A stretch of DNA of 52,317 bases from a virus (taxonomy: Duplodnaviria; Caudoviricetes): IMG/VR virus record IMGVR_UViG_3300036828_000027, positions 1 to 52,317 of that record, one strand, 5' to 3'. Under the pieces are notes generated by a model. That model was given only the letters and a program-made list of their open reading frames with translations. It was not told the DNA's origin and ran no database searches. The translations under genes were made by a program, and so were the position numbers. This document shows positions 1-9,914 of this stretch, one piece after another; within the stretch, counting starts at the first letter, position 1; each line of letters opens with the position of its first letter.

Positions 1-2373
1 CGTTGTTATTTCCTTTGGCCATTTGTACTGTACTCCGGCACGACGGGCCAGGAGGATATCTTTAGCCTTGCTGAGTCCGATACCTTTAATATTAGTAAGC
101 CCACCAAGGAACGCCCCGTCTGCATAACTCCAAGTAACACCACTCTTGTCTAAATCATATGGAGTAAATGGATAACCTGCCCTATCAAGTTCTCTCAAGT
201 AACGTTTGATAGGTTCCTCAAATGATAAGTTTCTAATATTAGCTAGAGCAAACTCAATAGGATAATGAGCCTTCAATACGCAGCAGAAATAAGACAACAT
301 ACCATAGGCTACTGCATGAGATTTATTGAATGCCCATGACCCCATCTTGTTAACACTATCCCATATCCTCCTGGCCGTGGTCTCATCTATGCCTTGTGAC
401 ATAGCACCTTCACGAAACCTCTGCCAGAAACGATCAAAGTATTCAATACCGAAAGACTTAGACATAGCCTTGCGTAATGTTGATGTATCCTCCCAAGATA
501 GTAGGCCAATCTCACGAACACAATTCATTACTTGTTCTTGATATACTATAACACCATATGTATCTTTGGTATAACGTTCCATAGATGGATGGACATATTG
601 CGCCTCTTGTTTACCCATACGTCTCTGAACCCACTCGTTACTGGCGCCAGAAGCGAATGGCCCTGGTCGAGCAAGAGCAGTAAGACAAGCTATATCATCG
701 AAACGATCTACAACTAGTCTCCTGGCGAGAGTTTGTAATGCTTGACCTTCAAACTGGAATATACCACAGAACTGAAACTTGCGCAATACTTCAAAAGCTT
801 TGTCATCATTTAGAGGATGCTTCAACAGATCACTATACTTCCAACCTATTGCCTCTAAACAATCAGCAATAATGGTTAGTGTCTTGAGACCTAATGCATC
901 TATCTTCATTAGATTGATTAGTTCGGCATCGTATTTATCAATATGAACTGTATTGGTTCTTACATCCTTAGCTACATAATTGATGAGAGGTTCATTGGTT
1001 ATAATGACACCAGCTGCATGCTTACCAGTAGTGTGTGCGTGGTTCTCTAGTTCTCCTGCAATAACCATAGCGGGATACTGTTCAATAAACCTTTGTCCTA
1101 TTTCTAGTTCTTTGAACGTATCAAGAATACATAGTCCTGCTCGTGAGTCTCCACTGCTCCTTTTGAGCATTGAGTCCTTTAGAGCAATAGTATCAGCATC
1201 AGGTATTCTTAATGCTTTGGCAGCCTCTCCAATAGCAGACTTGGGCTTATATCTTAGTATGGTCCCCAATCGCGCAACATTCTCACGACCATATTTATTT
1301 TGGATATAGTCAAATACCATTTCTCTTTTATTGTCTTGGAAATCAATGTCAATATCAGGCAAGTCATACCGAGTGATATCAATAAACCTCTCAAAAATAA
1401 GCCCATGAGGTAGAGGATCAATGTCAGTAATACCAAGCAAATAGCAGACAAGAGAACCGCAGGAAGAACCGCGAGCAGGGCCAACCACCATATTCTCTTT
1501 TGCATATCGCACCATATCTGTTATAACATAGAAGTAATCCTCATAGCCTTTGTCATTGATAAGTTTCAATTCATAGTCTAATCTGTCTTTGTATACTTGA
1601 TTGAGTTCTAATCCTCTACTCCTGGCGCCCACAAGACACATATCCAGTAATGTTGTTCCTGAACTATACTTGATGTTAGTTGCTGTTTGTATAGTAGCAT
1701 CACATTCTTCTGCGAGCCGGTCCGCCAGGAGGAAGGCTTCATCACTAATGTTCATTTCATTACGCAATCCCCACTCATCCATAATATACATAGGTGATGG
1801 TCGGTCGTTGCGAAACTTCCTGGCTAGTATTTGATATATTGAACGATCCTCAGCATTGATCATATAGTTATCAGATACAGCAACAACCTTTCCATCTCTT
1901 AGTAGCATACCTCGCGTAGAACTGTGCCCCTCCCGTAATACGCGCTGCCCGAGCTTAGGTCCATCTCCTAGTCCTGAACTTCCGCTGAGTATAATAACAT
2001 CTTTACTGAAATCATTTAATTTCAAGAATGGTAGACGCGGAACAAAATAAAAATTGCGAGTTGCTTCCTCCATAGCAGAATAGATTTCACGTAATCCAGA
2101 ATTGGTCTTTGCTATGATTGGTAACCAAAATATGTTTTGTCTCTTTTCACGAACATTGACATCTCTAACAAAAGCAAATTCACACCCAAACAATGGTTTA
2201 ATACCTGCATCTTTACAATACTTATTCCAAATAACATGGCCAAATGTTGAGTTGCGATCTGTTATTCCTGCGGATTGACATCCTAATTCTTTGAGTCTAT
2301 TCACCACCTTTTGAATAGGCCCATAAGCCCATCCGAAACTGTATTCGGTTCTTATTTTGAGTTGGGTATGCAT
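1..2373 (-). CDS. dnaE: DNA polymerase III alpha subunit (family C), N-terminal 791 codons; continues across the window junction
   Basis: Missing from the ORF track because it runs off the edge. Manual translation from ATG 2373: MHTQLKIRTEYSFGWAYG...GITDRNSTFGH (PHP), GPARGSSCGSLVCYLLGITDIDP, FERFIDITRYDLPDIDIDF, GKHAAGVII, KIDALGL, GIFQFEG, ALARPGP, TYGVIVYQEQVM, AFNKSHAVAY, IKGIG. Confidence 0.97.
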   Translation of the reverse strand, partial: MHTQLKIRTEYSFGWAYGPIQKVVNRLKELGCQSAGITDRNSTFGHVIWNKYCKDAGIKPLFGCEFAFVRDVNVREKRQNIFWLPIIAKTNSGLREIYSAMEEATRNFYFVPRLPFLKLNDFSKDVIILSGSSGLGDGPKLGQRVLREGHSSTRGMLLRDGKVVAVSDNYMINAEDRSIYQILARKFRNDRPSPMYIMDEWGLRNEMNISDEAFLLADRLAEECDATIQTATNIKYSSGTTLLDMCLVGARSRGLELNQVYKDRLDYELKLINDKGYEDYFYVITDMVRYAKENMVVGPARGSSCGSLVCYLLGITDIDPLPHGLIFERFIDITRYDLPDIDIDFQDNKREMVFDYIQNKYGRENVARLGTILRYKPKSAIGEAAKALRIPDADTIALKDSMLKRSSGDSRAGLCILDTFKELEIGQRFIEQYPAMVIAGELENHAHTTGKHAAGVIITNEPLINYVAKDVRTNTVHIDKYDAELINLMKIDALGLKTLTIIADCLEAIGWKYSDLLKHPLNDDKAFEVLRKFQFCGIFQFEGQALQTLARRLVVDRFDDIACLTALARPGPFASGASNEWVQRRMGKQEAQYVHPSMERYTKDTYGVIVYQEQVMNCVREIGLLSWEDTSTLRKAMSKSFGIEYFDRFWQRFREGAMSQGIDETTARRIWDSVNKMGSWAFNKSHAVAYGMLSYFCCVLKAHYPIEFALANIRNLSFEEPIKRYLRELDRAGYPFTPYDLDKSGVTWSYADGAFLGGLTNIKGIGLSKAKDILLARRAGVQYKWPKEITT

Positions 2374-2648
2374 TGTGGTGCCCTTCCTCTTATTATTGCA
2401 TCTTGTAGGTTATCTTTTGGAGTGCCCAAATAGAGATGGTCTAAGTTTACACATCTATTATTATCACAATGATGAAGAACCCATAATCCTTTGGGTATTG
2501 CACCTTTGTGTTTTAACCACATTTTCCTAGCCTTTGGTGCTTTGTTTGTTTCCCAGCAACCAGTTATTGGATTAATGGTATATGTTATCCTTACATCAGT
2601 ATCGGGTATCCTGCCGTATCTATTCTTTCTGGGACCCCAAGTTCGCAC
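2352..2648 (-). CDS. HNH endonuclease (free-standing, homing-type)
   Basis: GCWE...VLHHCDNNRCVNLDHLYLGTPKDNLQD motif; overlaps both neighbouring genes. Confidence 0.9.
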   Translation of the reverse strand: MRTWGPRKNRYGRIPDTDVRITYTINPITGCWETNKAPKARKMWLKHKGAIPKGLWVLHHCDNNRCVNLDHLYLGTPKDNLQDAIIRGRAPQCIPNSK

Positions 2649-2952
2649 GATACATCTCCAGTTCTTTATTTGTTGGTATCATAGTAGCATAGATGTTTGC
2701 CATCACTGCAAGTTTTTTCTCAAGATTTATTATATCAATTAGTGAAGTTGATGCATGTTCTTGAATGGCTTTCCATTTTTGTACATCCATTAATCCTTGA
2801 TCATCTATCTCCCATAACTTGTGATTGGAATATGTTACTACGTTTTTGAGTCCTTGTATAGTTTGATCTATTGCCATACCTAATATTCTTGCACGTCTAC
2901 GTTTCTCATAATCCTCCTGGCGCATGTCACTCATGTTGGCATCTCCGCCCAT
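2620..2952 (-). CDS. hypothetical protein (start may be 2934)
   Basis: ORF tightly coupled within the operon. Confidence 0.65.
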   Translation of the reverse strand: MGGDANMSDMRQEDYEKRRRARILGMAIDQTIQGLKNVVTYSNHKLWEIDDQGLMDVQKWKAIQEHASTSLIDIINLEKKLAVMANIYATMIPTNKELEMYRANLGSQKE

Positions 2953-3482
2953 TGCCGATTAATCATTTCTTTGTAGACGCGAACTAATGCTTTTGTATCT
3001 GCTTCCGCTCTATGAGCCTCTTCAAATGTTTCACCAAATAGTTCAAAGTATAGATTGCCAAGAGACATACGATATCCTTTGATCTTCATTACTTCTTCAA
3101 CAGTACATACATTCTTGGGAGGCCACGGGAAATTTGTTACTTTGTTTATACGTCTAAGTTCATATTCAAGTACATGTTTATCAAATTGTAGATTGTGGCC
3201 AACTAGTATAGATACATCAAGAAAGTAATTGGCTAGTTGTTTATAGTGCCCTGCAAAGGGCTTCTGGCCCGAAACCTCTTCATCTGTAATGCCATGTATG
3301 TTGACAACTTCAAGAGGTATTCGTATTGGAGGTTTGACTAATGTAGTGAGTATTGCTATAATGTCAAGATCATAATTAGTCTTTACACAAGAGATTTCTA
3401 CCATATGAGGTTGATGCGCTAGGTCTGCAGCCTCTACGGCCAGGAGCGCAGTTGTTTCTGTATCCATAAATACTATTGTCAT
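2931..3482 (-). CDS. dnaQ: DnaQ/epsilon-like DEDDh 3'-5' exonuclease
   Basis: DTETT, VGHNLQFD, AHRAEADT motifs. Confidence 0.95.
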   Translation of the reverse strand: MTIVFMDTETTALLAVEAADLAHQPHMVEISCVKTNYDLDIIAILTTLVKPPIRIPLEVVNIHGITDEEVSGQKPFAGHYKQLANYFLDVSILVGHNLQFDKHVLEYELRRINKVTNFPWPPKNVCTVEEVMKIKGYRMSLGNLYFELFGETFEEAHRAEADTKALVRVYKEMINRQWAEMPT

Positions 3483-3769
3483 GGTCGTTTTTCCTCATCT
3501 AGTTCAAGTAATATTGTTGCATATACTGCCATATCTTTGAGATGATCAGAATTTTCTGGTGTATAGAAATTGTTACAGTATCGCATTAACTTTGTTATGA
3601 TATGAACTATAATACAGAACCTATTGAAATTCAATGGCGTATCTAATTCAACTCCTTTAGTAAACAATGCTTCTAATACTGGCCCTGCTTCTTTATAATT
3701 GGGTCCATATTCTTGGTTTCTTTTGTCATATAAGTTTGCTAGTTCTACTAATTGATCTGATGGTGTCAT
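3479..3769 (-). CDS. DUF1599/DUF6378-like nucleotide-modification-associated protein
   Basis: KRNQEYG...KLMRY...DHLKDMAVYA pattern; sits next to MazG and ThyX. Confidence 0.6.
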   Translation of the reverse strand: MTPSDQLVELANLYDKRNQEYGPNYKEAGPVLEALFTKGVELDTPLNFNRFCIIVHIITKLMRYCNNFYTPENSDHLKDMAVYATILLELDEEKRP

Positions 3770-4167
3770 TAGAACTTTTTACCTCCTGGCAGCATACGTG
3801 CTTCTAGTTTGTGATCTTCTCTCATTTGATTATAACAGAACTTCTCAGCAAAGCAAGTTCCCAAGTTTAGTCGCAAACCTCCTGCCAAATCAAATATTCG
3901 TATTAGAGCATCTGCCAATTCTACTGTTATTGATGCTTGCTGAGTTATGTGCTCATCCTTAGCATCTTTGCGATAGCCTTCCAATGCTTCACTGATCTCA
4001 CTGTGTATTAGGCATAGTAATTCTCCTACATTACGTTCCTTATCCCACCAATGATTAGCTCTTGATGCTCCATGGCATTGTGCCATTAAGTTCTCTATCA
4101 TGAGACCCATTTTGTAGTATGTATCTACAGAAACGATGAAGCCATTGGTATCTGTGTCTTTGATCAT
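3769..4167 (-). CDS. MazG-like NTP pyrophosphohydrolase
   Basis: LIHSEISEALEGYRK and VELADALIRIFD motifs; GGKKF C-terminus. Confidence 0.9.
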   Translation of the reverse strand: MIKDTDTNGFIVSVDTYYKMGLMIENLMAQCHGASRANHWWDKERNVGELLCLIHSEISEALEGYRKDAKDEHITQQASITVELADALIRIFDLAGGLRLNLGTCFAEKFCYNQMREDHKLEARMLPGGKKF

Positions 4168-4358
4168 ATCATTACTCCTAATGTATTAGCTATCTTTGAC
4201 ACTGCTTCAAATTCCATTCTTCGTAAATCAAATATTGATAGTGGCGATCGCTGTGAGCAAGCTTGTTCAATTCTAGCACATTCACTAGAGAATATTGTTC
4301 TTGCTTTAGCTAACGGAGTATCAGATTTCATCATTTCTAGCACTTCAGTATCGGTCAT
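4164..4358 (-). CDS. hypothetical protein
   Basis: Coupled ORF with an AGGAG RBS. Confidence 0.6.
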   Translation of the reverse strand: MTDTEVLEMMKSDTPLAKARTIFSSECARIEQACSQRSPLSIFDLRRMEFEAVSKIANTLGVMI

Positions 4359-4362
4359 ATCA

Positions 4363-5109
4363 TTACTCCTGGCGCAGTATGTCGAGATGTTTCATTGCTA
4401 TCCAAGCTTGGGTTTCGTTTTGAGACTTGCCTGTTTCTTTGATCTCCTTGTCTAGTTGCTCTTTAAGATAAGATGCTAGTTCTTTGTGGGCATCAGCATT
4501 GCGAGGCATAATAAACAATAGAGACCAAGGCCATACCTCTAATACACTTGTGACCATTTGCTTTAATACTTCAGCATATTCGTCCTGAACTCTTGGAGTC
4601 ATACGCTTCTTGACTAGATCAGCAAAGTTGCGCAAGTTAATCTTCATACAAATATTGGTGAGTATATCTGTTGGCAATACTCCACGAGCATCCTCAGGCT
4701 TTGCTCCCAAATCAATTAGTGTTCGATATGTATTGCTAATAGTAGACATAGTAACAGCATATAAATTTTGAATAGTTTCATTGTCCTTTATTGACGGCCC
4801 AGTATGATATTCAAACCCAGTCATATCAACTATACGCATAGCTTGTTGAGCATAGCTTGCAGTCCTAGTCCTAACAAGTTGGTGAGTAAATGCCCTTGAT
4901 ACTCCTTCAATAACAAACATGAGGTCTACAAACTCCCATGAACTTGGGATCGTTGTAGACATATACTTCAATTCTGCCATCTTCTTCTCACGCGGCCAGG
5001 AGCGGATTTCATCCATTCCTTCTGGGCCCATCTTCAATCTTGTGTTCTTAGTAAAGATGAGCAACTCTATTGCTTCTGGCGTCGCATATAGTAATGTTAC
5101 CTTAGGCAT
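4363..5109 (-). CDS. thyX: ThyX-family flavin-dependent thymidylate synthase homologue with a variant active site
   Basis: FVIEGVSRAFTHQLVRTRTASYAQQAMR, GAKPEDARGVLP, NLRNF...R...VQDEY. Confidence 0.9.
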   Translation of the reverse strand: MPKVTLLYATPEAIELLIFTKNTRLKMGPEGMDEIRSWPREKKMAELKYMSTTIPSSWEFVDLMFVIEGVSRAFTHQLVRTRTASYAQQAMRIVDMTGFEYHTGPSIKDNETIQNLYAVTMSTISNTYRTLIDLGAKPEDARGVLPTDILTNICMKINLRNFADLVKKRMTPRVQDEYAEVLKQMVTSVLEVWPWSLLFIMPRNADAHKELASYLKEQLDKEIKETGKSQNETQAWIAMKHLDILRQE

Positions 5110-5118
5110 TGTTCTCTC

Positions 5119-6051
5119 CTATGTTGGGAAGTATCCGTAGTGTCCTGATCTTATCTGTCTTTGTGATATAAACCGGCTGATTACATCAATGTCTCCCATT
5201 ACATCATCGAGTAGTATCTGTCTCCAAGTAGCGTATCGTCCTAATGAATAGATATTGAATTTGTCAGTAGCCCACAGTATAAACTTCTGTCTTTCATAAT
5301 CATTTATTGGAACTATCTTGCCGTATTGCTGTTCCTTTTCAATGACATTAGTTATATCAATATGATTGATATCAAACATGAGACCAAGATATTTCTTAAT
5401 GTGATCGTCAATAATATCTGAGCAGTCAGGTTTATGCGCAAACTCCATTGTCATTCTATTGCCAGTAATGCTGACTCTATAAGGTTCATATTCTCCATAT
5501 GGAACATATAGAGTTTGGTATACATCTACACCTAATAGATCGCAATTAATAGTCCATATCTTTTTGGTTTCAAATTTAGGTTGTCTTGGATAGTCAAGTA
5601 TACGCATTAAATCCGGCATCGGAATTGTAGAAATAATTGGTTGTTCGATTTTGGTGCCTCTAAGTAAACTCTCAGCATTATGTTCGTATTTGATATCGGC
5701 TCCAATGCTACATGTCTTGACCAAGTCGTATGGCGCAATGTAGCGTGAAACATTTGCAATATTGGTAATAGATCGGTTGTAGGCTCCACCGGTTGATTTG
5801 ATAGAATAAGCATTATATTCTCTGATGGTTGGAGAATTTGTAATCGTTTCATCATCAAGAAGCACTCCTTTGTAGACAGTTACTTCTTTGAATGGAACGC
5901 CTATAGCATCTCCAACTATAGAGGATCGAAACCTCAGTAATGCACTATGATTATTTGGCAATTCTTTTTGCTGTTCATAAATGATAGGGTCCCAATGAAT
6001 TAATCTCCTGGCGGCCAGGAGGCCTGCCAATCCTGCGCCTAGGATAATCAT
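5119..6051 (-). CDS. FAD-dependent oxidoreductase (UDP-galactopyranose mutase/amine-oxidase-like fold)
   Basis: N-terminal IILGAGLAG Rossmann motif; C-terminal SLGRYATWRQILLDD. Confidence 0.8.
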   Translation of the reverse strand: MIILGAGLAGLLAARRLIHWDPIIYEQQKELPNNHSALLRFRSSIVGDAIGVPFKEVTVYKGVLLDDETITNSPTIREYNAYSIKSTGGAYNRSITNIANVSRYIAPYDLVKTCSIGADIKYEHNAESLLRGTKIEQPIISTIPMPDLMRILDYPRQPKFETKKIWTINCDLLGVDVYQTLYVPYGEYEPYRVSITGNRMTMEFAHKPDCSDIIDDHIKKYLGLMFDINHIDITNVIEKEQQYGKIVPINDYERQKFILWATDKFNIYSLGRYATWRQILLDDVMGDIDVISRFISQRQIRSGHYGYFPT

Positions 6052-6539
6052 GGCGACAATTCACTTCCATCTGCATTGAAGAATACCCACTCTGGTTGAT
6101 AGCCTTCAAGCTTGTACATATAACCTTGCTTATACTTGAAAGGCCATATCCTCCCAAATAGCTTTTGGTGTATAGTCTTCAACACGCTGAGATGTTTACT
6201 TGATAGTCTAATGTCGTCAAAGTTCTTGTCGGCAATGTCAAGTAAATCGCGCTCAAGTTGATTTAGTTGACCACCATTCTTTTTGGACTCATACAAGAAC
6301 TCTTTGAACTTTACTACTTCTACAGGATCATTGATTAGGTTATATGGCACTTTCTGTCCATATTGTTTGATCCTTTCCTCCATTGAAATTTCTTCGTCTG
6401 GAACATTGTGCATTGGTGGTAGTTCATCATCATTGTATATGGCAGCTATTTGTCGCGCCATTATTGCTTGGGTTGTTTTTATCTCTTTGAGTTCTTCAAA
6501 GATAGACTTGAGAAAGTCAGTGTAAGTTCCAGGTGTCAT
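6048..6539 (-). CDS. hypothetical protein
   Basis: ORF with an AGGAGAG RBS. Confidence 0.75.
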   Translation of the reverse strand: MTPGTYTDFLKSIFEELKEIKTTQAIMARQIAAIYNDDELPPMHNVPDEEISMEERIKQYGQKVPYNLINDPVEVVKFKEFLYESKKNGGQLNQLERDLLDIADKNFDDIRLSSKHLSVLKTIHQKLFGRIWPFKYKQGYMYKLEGYQPEWVFFNADGSELSP

Positions 6540-6775
6540 TTTTACTCTCCTATGTTAAGTGGGCAATGGGAGGAACATCCCCATTCCTTGTATAGTTTTG
6601 CCCAATTCTCTATACCGCCGACCAATCTTGCCTGCTTATCTTTTACCCAGGCTCAGGTTTACTCAAAGCAATAATAGGTGAGAAACATGTGAGGTTCTAT
6701 TATTGCCAGAGAGAAAGGTCATGTCGCCATGTGCGCCCGGTCATGTGGAGGTGCGCCTGGAACCTCTAGTTCATA

Positions 6776-7627
6776 TCAGAATGCTGGGATTTTATCACCA
6801 CCAAGATCATCTTGAGGCTGTTCCCAGTCAGTCTGCTGTTGAATATCTCCTTCCAAGAAATGTTCTTGTAGGAGAATAGCTTGCTTAAATATCTCTTCAC
6901 CATTCGGTAAATCTTGTGTTCTTACGTGCATATTCTTTTCATTTACATTCTTTACAATCTTTGGAGACCACCAAGATTGACCTTGAGTATTACGCAACAA
7001 GTCTAATGTCATCTTGTATGTGAAGTAATAGAATGGCGGAGTAATCGTCTGCCCATTACCCAACTTAATACGAGTTTGAGTAAGCATAGTTGACAAGAGA
7101 TTGGCGACGCGATTACCAGTGCTTCTCAAATTGAAGAAGCTAGGATCAGTCTCACCAGTCTTAGTGTTAACATCCAAGATAAGAAATGATCTCTGCTTAT
7201 CTATATAGTTGCCGTCTCTGGTAATTGGATTGAGAGCTTCACGTTGGGCAGGCTCACACAAAGCCTTCCAACCTTCATCAGTCCCCCAAATCTTTACCAT
7301 TCCGCTGCCAGGATTATTAGACACCCACTGTATAGTTTGTTTCTGGTGCCCAATAACGCATAGTATCAGTCCCTCCTGGCCAGGAGTCAATTTGTTACTG
7401 GAAGTATTGTAGAACATTCCCGCTTTGGCATTAGGAACATATTGCGGCCCACCTTCCTGGACCTCAGGGTTTAATTGTTGTAATACTTTGAGGCGAGGAA
7501 CAACGAGTTCATTGCGTTCAAACTTAGTATTCTTTTCGGCCAGCTTGGCCAGCATTTCTTCTTCTTGAGTAAGAGTTGTTGGAACTTGCTCAGAGGCGCT
7601 GTCTTGACGAACTACACGCTTTGCCAT
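6776..7627 (-). CDS. putative single-stranded DNA-binding protein
   Basis: VPRLKVLQQLNPEV...AKAGMFYN pattern, acidic tail ending DDLGGDKIPAF, replication context. Confidence 0.55.
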   Translation of the reverse strand: MAKRVVRQDSASEQVPTTLTQEEEMLAKLAEKNTKFERNELVVPRLKVLQQLNPEVQEGGPQYVPNAKAGMFYNTSSNKLTPGQEGLILCVIGHQKQTIQWVSNNPGSGMVKIWGTDEGWKALCEPAQREALNPITRDGNYIDKQRSFLILDVNTKTGETDPSFFNLRSTGNRVANLLSTMLTQTRIKLGNGQTITPPFYYFTYKMTLDLLRNTQGQSWWSPKIVKNVNEKNMHVRTQDLPNGEEIFKQAILLQEHFLEGDIQQQTDWEQPQDDLGGDKIPAF

Positions 7628-7638
7628 TTTGCTCTCCT

Positions 7639-8139
7639 TTACTCAATTACTGTTATGTTGTAGCGGTTAACATAGAAGATGTCTTCAGGTATCACCATGT
7701 TGTTACCTTCCATTTCTCTACCCCAAGCATTGAGTGTCTGCCAGTTAATGTCTTTCTTTACAAGGTATTGTACATGTAATTTGTCTAGTGTTGCTTTGAT
7801 CTCTGGTAGACGTTGATTTCCTTTGCCTAATGAAATATCAATCATAGTCTTAACCATACCGGCATGACCATGTTTCGTTAGCCATTCGTCAGCTAACTCC
7901 ATACGATCTTGTGGTGGTCGTTGTACTTGCATAACAGGCTTGACTGCAATAGTAAAGCCATTAGATAGTGCAAATTTATTGAGACCGATACCAGTCATCA
8001 ATACTGGAAGATCAATAGAGGATATTTGCTTGAATTGATCTTCCTTGACTTTTAGTTCTGTTCTTAGTGCTTCTATTGTTCTTTCAATCTTGACCATTTC
8101 TTCTGCAAGTTTTACTATGTTTTGTATAGTATCTGACAT
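7639..8139 (-). CDS. conserved phage replication-module protein
   Basis: Coiled-coil N-terminus and DLPVLM...WLTKHGHAGMVK...WQTLNAW pattern; AAGGAG RBS. Confidence 0.7.
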   Translation of the reverse strand: MSDTIQNIVKLAEEMVKIERTIEALRTELKVKEDQFKQISSIDLPVLMTGIGLNKFALSNGFTIAVKPVMQVQRPPQDRMELADEWLTKHGHAGMVKTMIDISLGKGNQRLPEIKATLDKLHVQYLVKKDINWQTLNAWGREMEGNNMVIPEDIFYVNRYNITVIE

Positions 8140-8247
8140 TATAACTCCTTACTGATTGAACATCTCCAAGTTACGGGAGACAGCCCCTGCCAGGACTGCC
8201 TCCCAAGGAACATACACGAGCACCGCTCGACCATCGAGCGAACCGCG

Positions 8248-8275
8248 ATTATAGCGGCTCGCGCGGGAAAGTAAA
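8248..8275 (-). promoter_or_regulatory. sigma70-type promoter
   Basis: TTTACT-N16-TATAAT, followed by two hairpins in the leader. Confidence 0.65.
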
Positions 8276-8300
8276 GCGGTGTTCTTTTATTCCATTGCTC

Positions 8301-9317
8301 CTATTCTTTGGGCACTGTGTAACCAATTCTACTAGACTTGAATTGATCACGCATCTCTGGAGTAGCCTTCACCAAAGTATCATTGATGAAAGTTCGTTCT
8401 CCAGTCTTATAGTTACGCCAATGCCCCATTCTAATATGCGCAACAGGACTAGCGTGATGTCCACCTTGACTAGTCTGTTTTTCATGTATAGTGCGAAGAA
8501 ACGTTGTTACATATTCTTCACTGCGCACCTTAGTATAAGGCGGTATCAGCGGTTTCTTATTCTTGATACGAGCACTATTAAGTTTGTCGGATGCTCGCAC
8601 TGTTTCTTTTGGAATGCCCCTAGTATTGAGCATCAATAGAGCAACCATTATTGGCTCCATTACATTTGATGCCGCTGATTCTAACGCAGCTTGTGGCCCT
8701 TTTGGAAGCCCAGTTTCTTCAGCATAACGATCCCAGAAACTTTGCGGGAAACGAAACTGAACTGGCACTACCTGGCAAGCAAACGCTCTATTTGGCTCCA
8801 ATTCTTCTTTAGATAAAAGCCTTGCTCTATCTCCTACACCTAGCATATTGATATCTTTTACTTTGAAAGGTTCAATAGATGAAATCTCAAAGTCACAACC
8901 AATAGCCTTACCGTCTACTGGATATGGATTAACCAAATATACAGAACAAGAATCAGCTTCACAACCGAACTTCTCGCTCAGTACTTGGTCGCTCCAAGTA
9001 TGATAGAATATCCAAGGTGTAGTAAACGGATGACCTAGTGCATTTTCAAGATATAGTTTAATTGCTCTAGTACTTTGTTTCTTGATAAATTCATTAGGCC
9101 AGTAACCAAAGTCAAAGAACTTACCTGCCTTTACTGCTTCTTTAAGCATATCCACAATAGTGTCTAACTCTTCTGGAGAGGGCATGAAGTCCGTTTCAAG
9201 TCCTGGCCCTGAACTTAGCATACCAGCCAATACTAGATCACGAAACCTAGCTGGAGTAATACCGGTGATTTTTATGTCATCAGTATTAGTCTCAAATATT
9301 CTATTCTTGTCCATCAT
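8301..9317 (-). CDS. early protein with a C-terminal SPxxHxRxGHWR motif
   Basis: HASPVAHIRMGHWR; start placed at the ATG after the repeated leader. Confidence 0.8.
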   Translation of the reverse strand: MMDKNRIFETNTDDIKITGITPARFRDLVLAGMLSSGPGLETDFMPSPEELDTIVDMLKEAVKAGKFFDFGYWPNEFIKKQSTRAIKLYLENALGHPFTTPWIFYHTWSDQVLSEKFGCEADSCSVYLVNPYPVDGKAIGCDFEISSIEPFKVKDINMLGVGDRARLLSKEELEPNRAFACQVVPVQFRFPQSFWDRYAEETGLPKGPQAALESAASNVMEPIMVALLMLNTRGIPKETVRASDKLNSARIKNKKPLIPPYTKVRSEEYVTTFLRTIHEKQTSQGGHHASPVAHIRMGHWRNYKTGERTFINDTLVKATPEMRDQFKSSRIGYTVPKE

Positions 9318-9357
9318 TCCATTCCTTTCTAGACCCAGCAACAGTGCTGGTGGAATA
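9318..9357 (-). repeat. early-gene leader repeat, copy A
   Basis: TATTCCACCAGCACTGTTGCTGGGTCTAGAAAGGAATGGA-ATG. Confidence 0.9.
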
Positions 9358-9416
9358 TACGAACGTATATACGTCGCGTATATACGTATATACGAACGTA
9401 TATTCCATCAATACTG

Positions 9417-9725
9417 CTAATCCATTCTGGATACCTCCCAAGTTCCATCTTTTTGTTTTATCATTACCCAATCATGTTCATATAATGTTATTTCTTCATC
9501 ACGCAAATATGTTCTAAATATAGGTAGCATTGGTGGATCGCCTGGATACTTTAATCTGTCTCCTGCTATTAATTTATGACCTTGAAATGGACTCCAGCCG
9601 CCAAATATATAATTTTGTTGAAATTGTTCTTTGGCCGGCCTAGGATCATCTTCAGATATAAATTGTGGTATATACCCAAGCATCTCAGGTCTAGCTTGTG
9701 GATGCAAAGCAACCCAGATCATCAT
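9417..9725 (-). CDS. hypothetical early protein
   Basis: Coupled ORF; KYPGDPPMLP motif. Confidence 0.75.
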   Translation of the reverse strand: MMIWVALHPQARPEMLGYIPQFISEDDPRPAKEQFQQNYIFGGWSPFQGHKLIAGDRLKYPGDPPMLPIFRTYLRDEEITLYEHDWVMIKQKDGTWEVSRMD

Positions 9726-9914
9726 TCACTCCTGAACGTTATAGGTCAATTTGGCAGTATAGTTTGTCACCACCCAACCTCTTACTTGAGTATAACAATA
9801 CTTGCCACACTCAGGGCAATAATTGGGCATCCTAGGATTAACCCAACAAAGCAATGTCCCGCAACACCCAGTATGTATCAAACGAAACGGAACATATTGT
9901 GTTTCTTTAGGCAT
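9726..9914 (-). CDS. small Zn-ribbon protein
   Basis: CCGTLLC...YCPECG; start refined to MPKETQ. Confidence 0.65.
   Translation of the reverse strand: MPKETQYVPFRLIHTGCCGTLLCWVNPRMPNYCPECGKYCYTQVRGWVVTNYTAKLTYNVQE

Noticed and set aside
326-1834. Short ORFs listed in the track at 326-1834, including 1254..1505 (-)
   Set aside because: They are antisense or out-of-frame shadows of dnaE.
2352-2648. HNH gene as part of an intron in dnaE
   Set aside because: It lies upstream, overlapping only the dnaE start, and dnaE appears uninterrupted.
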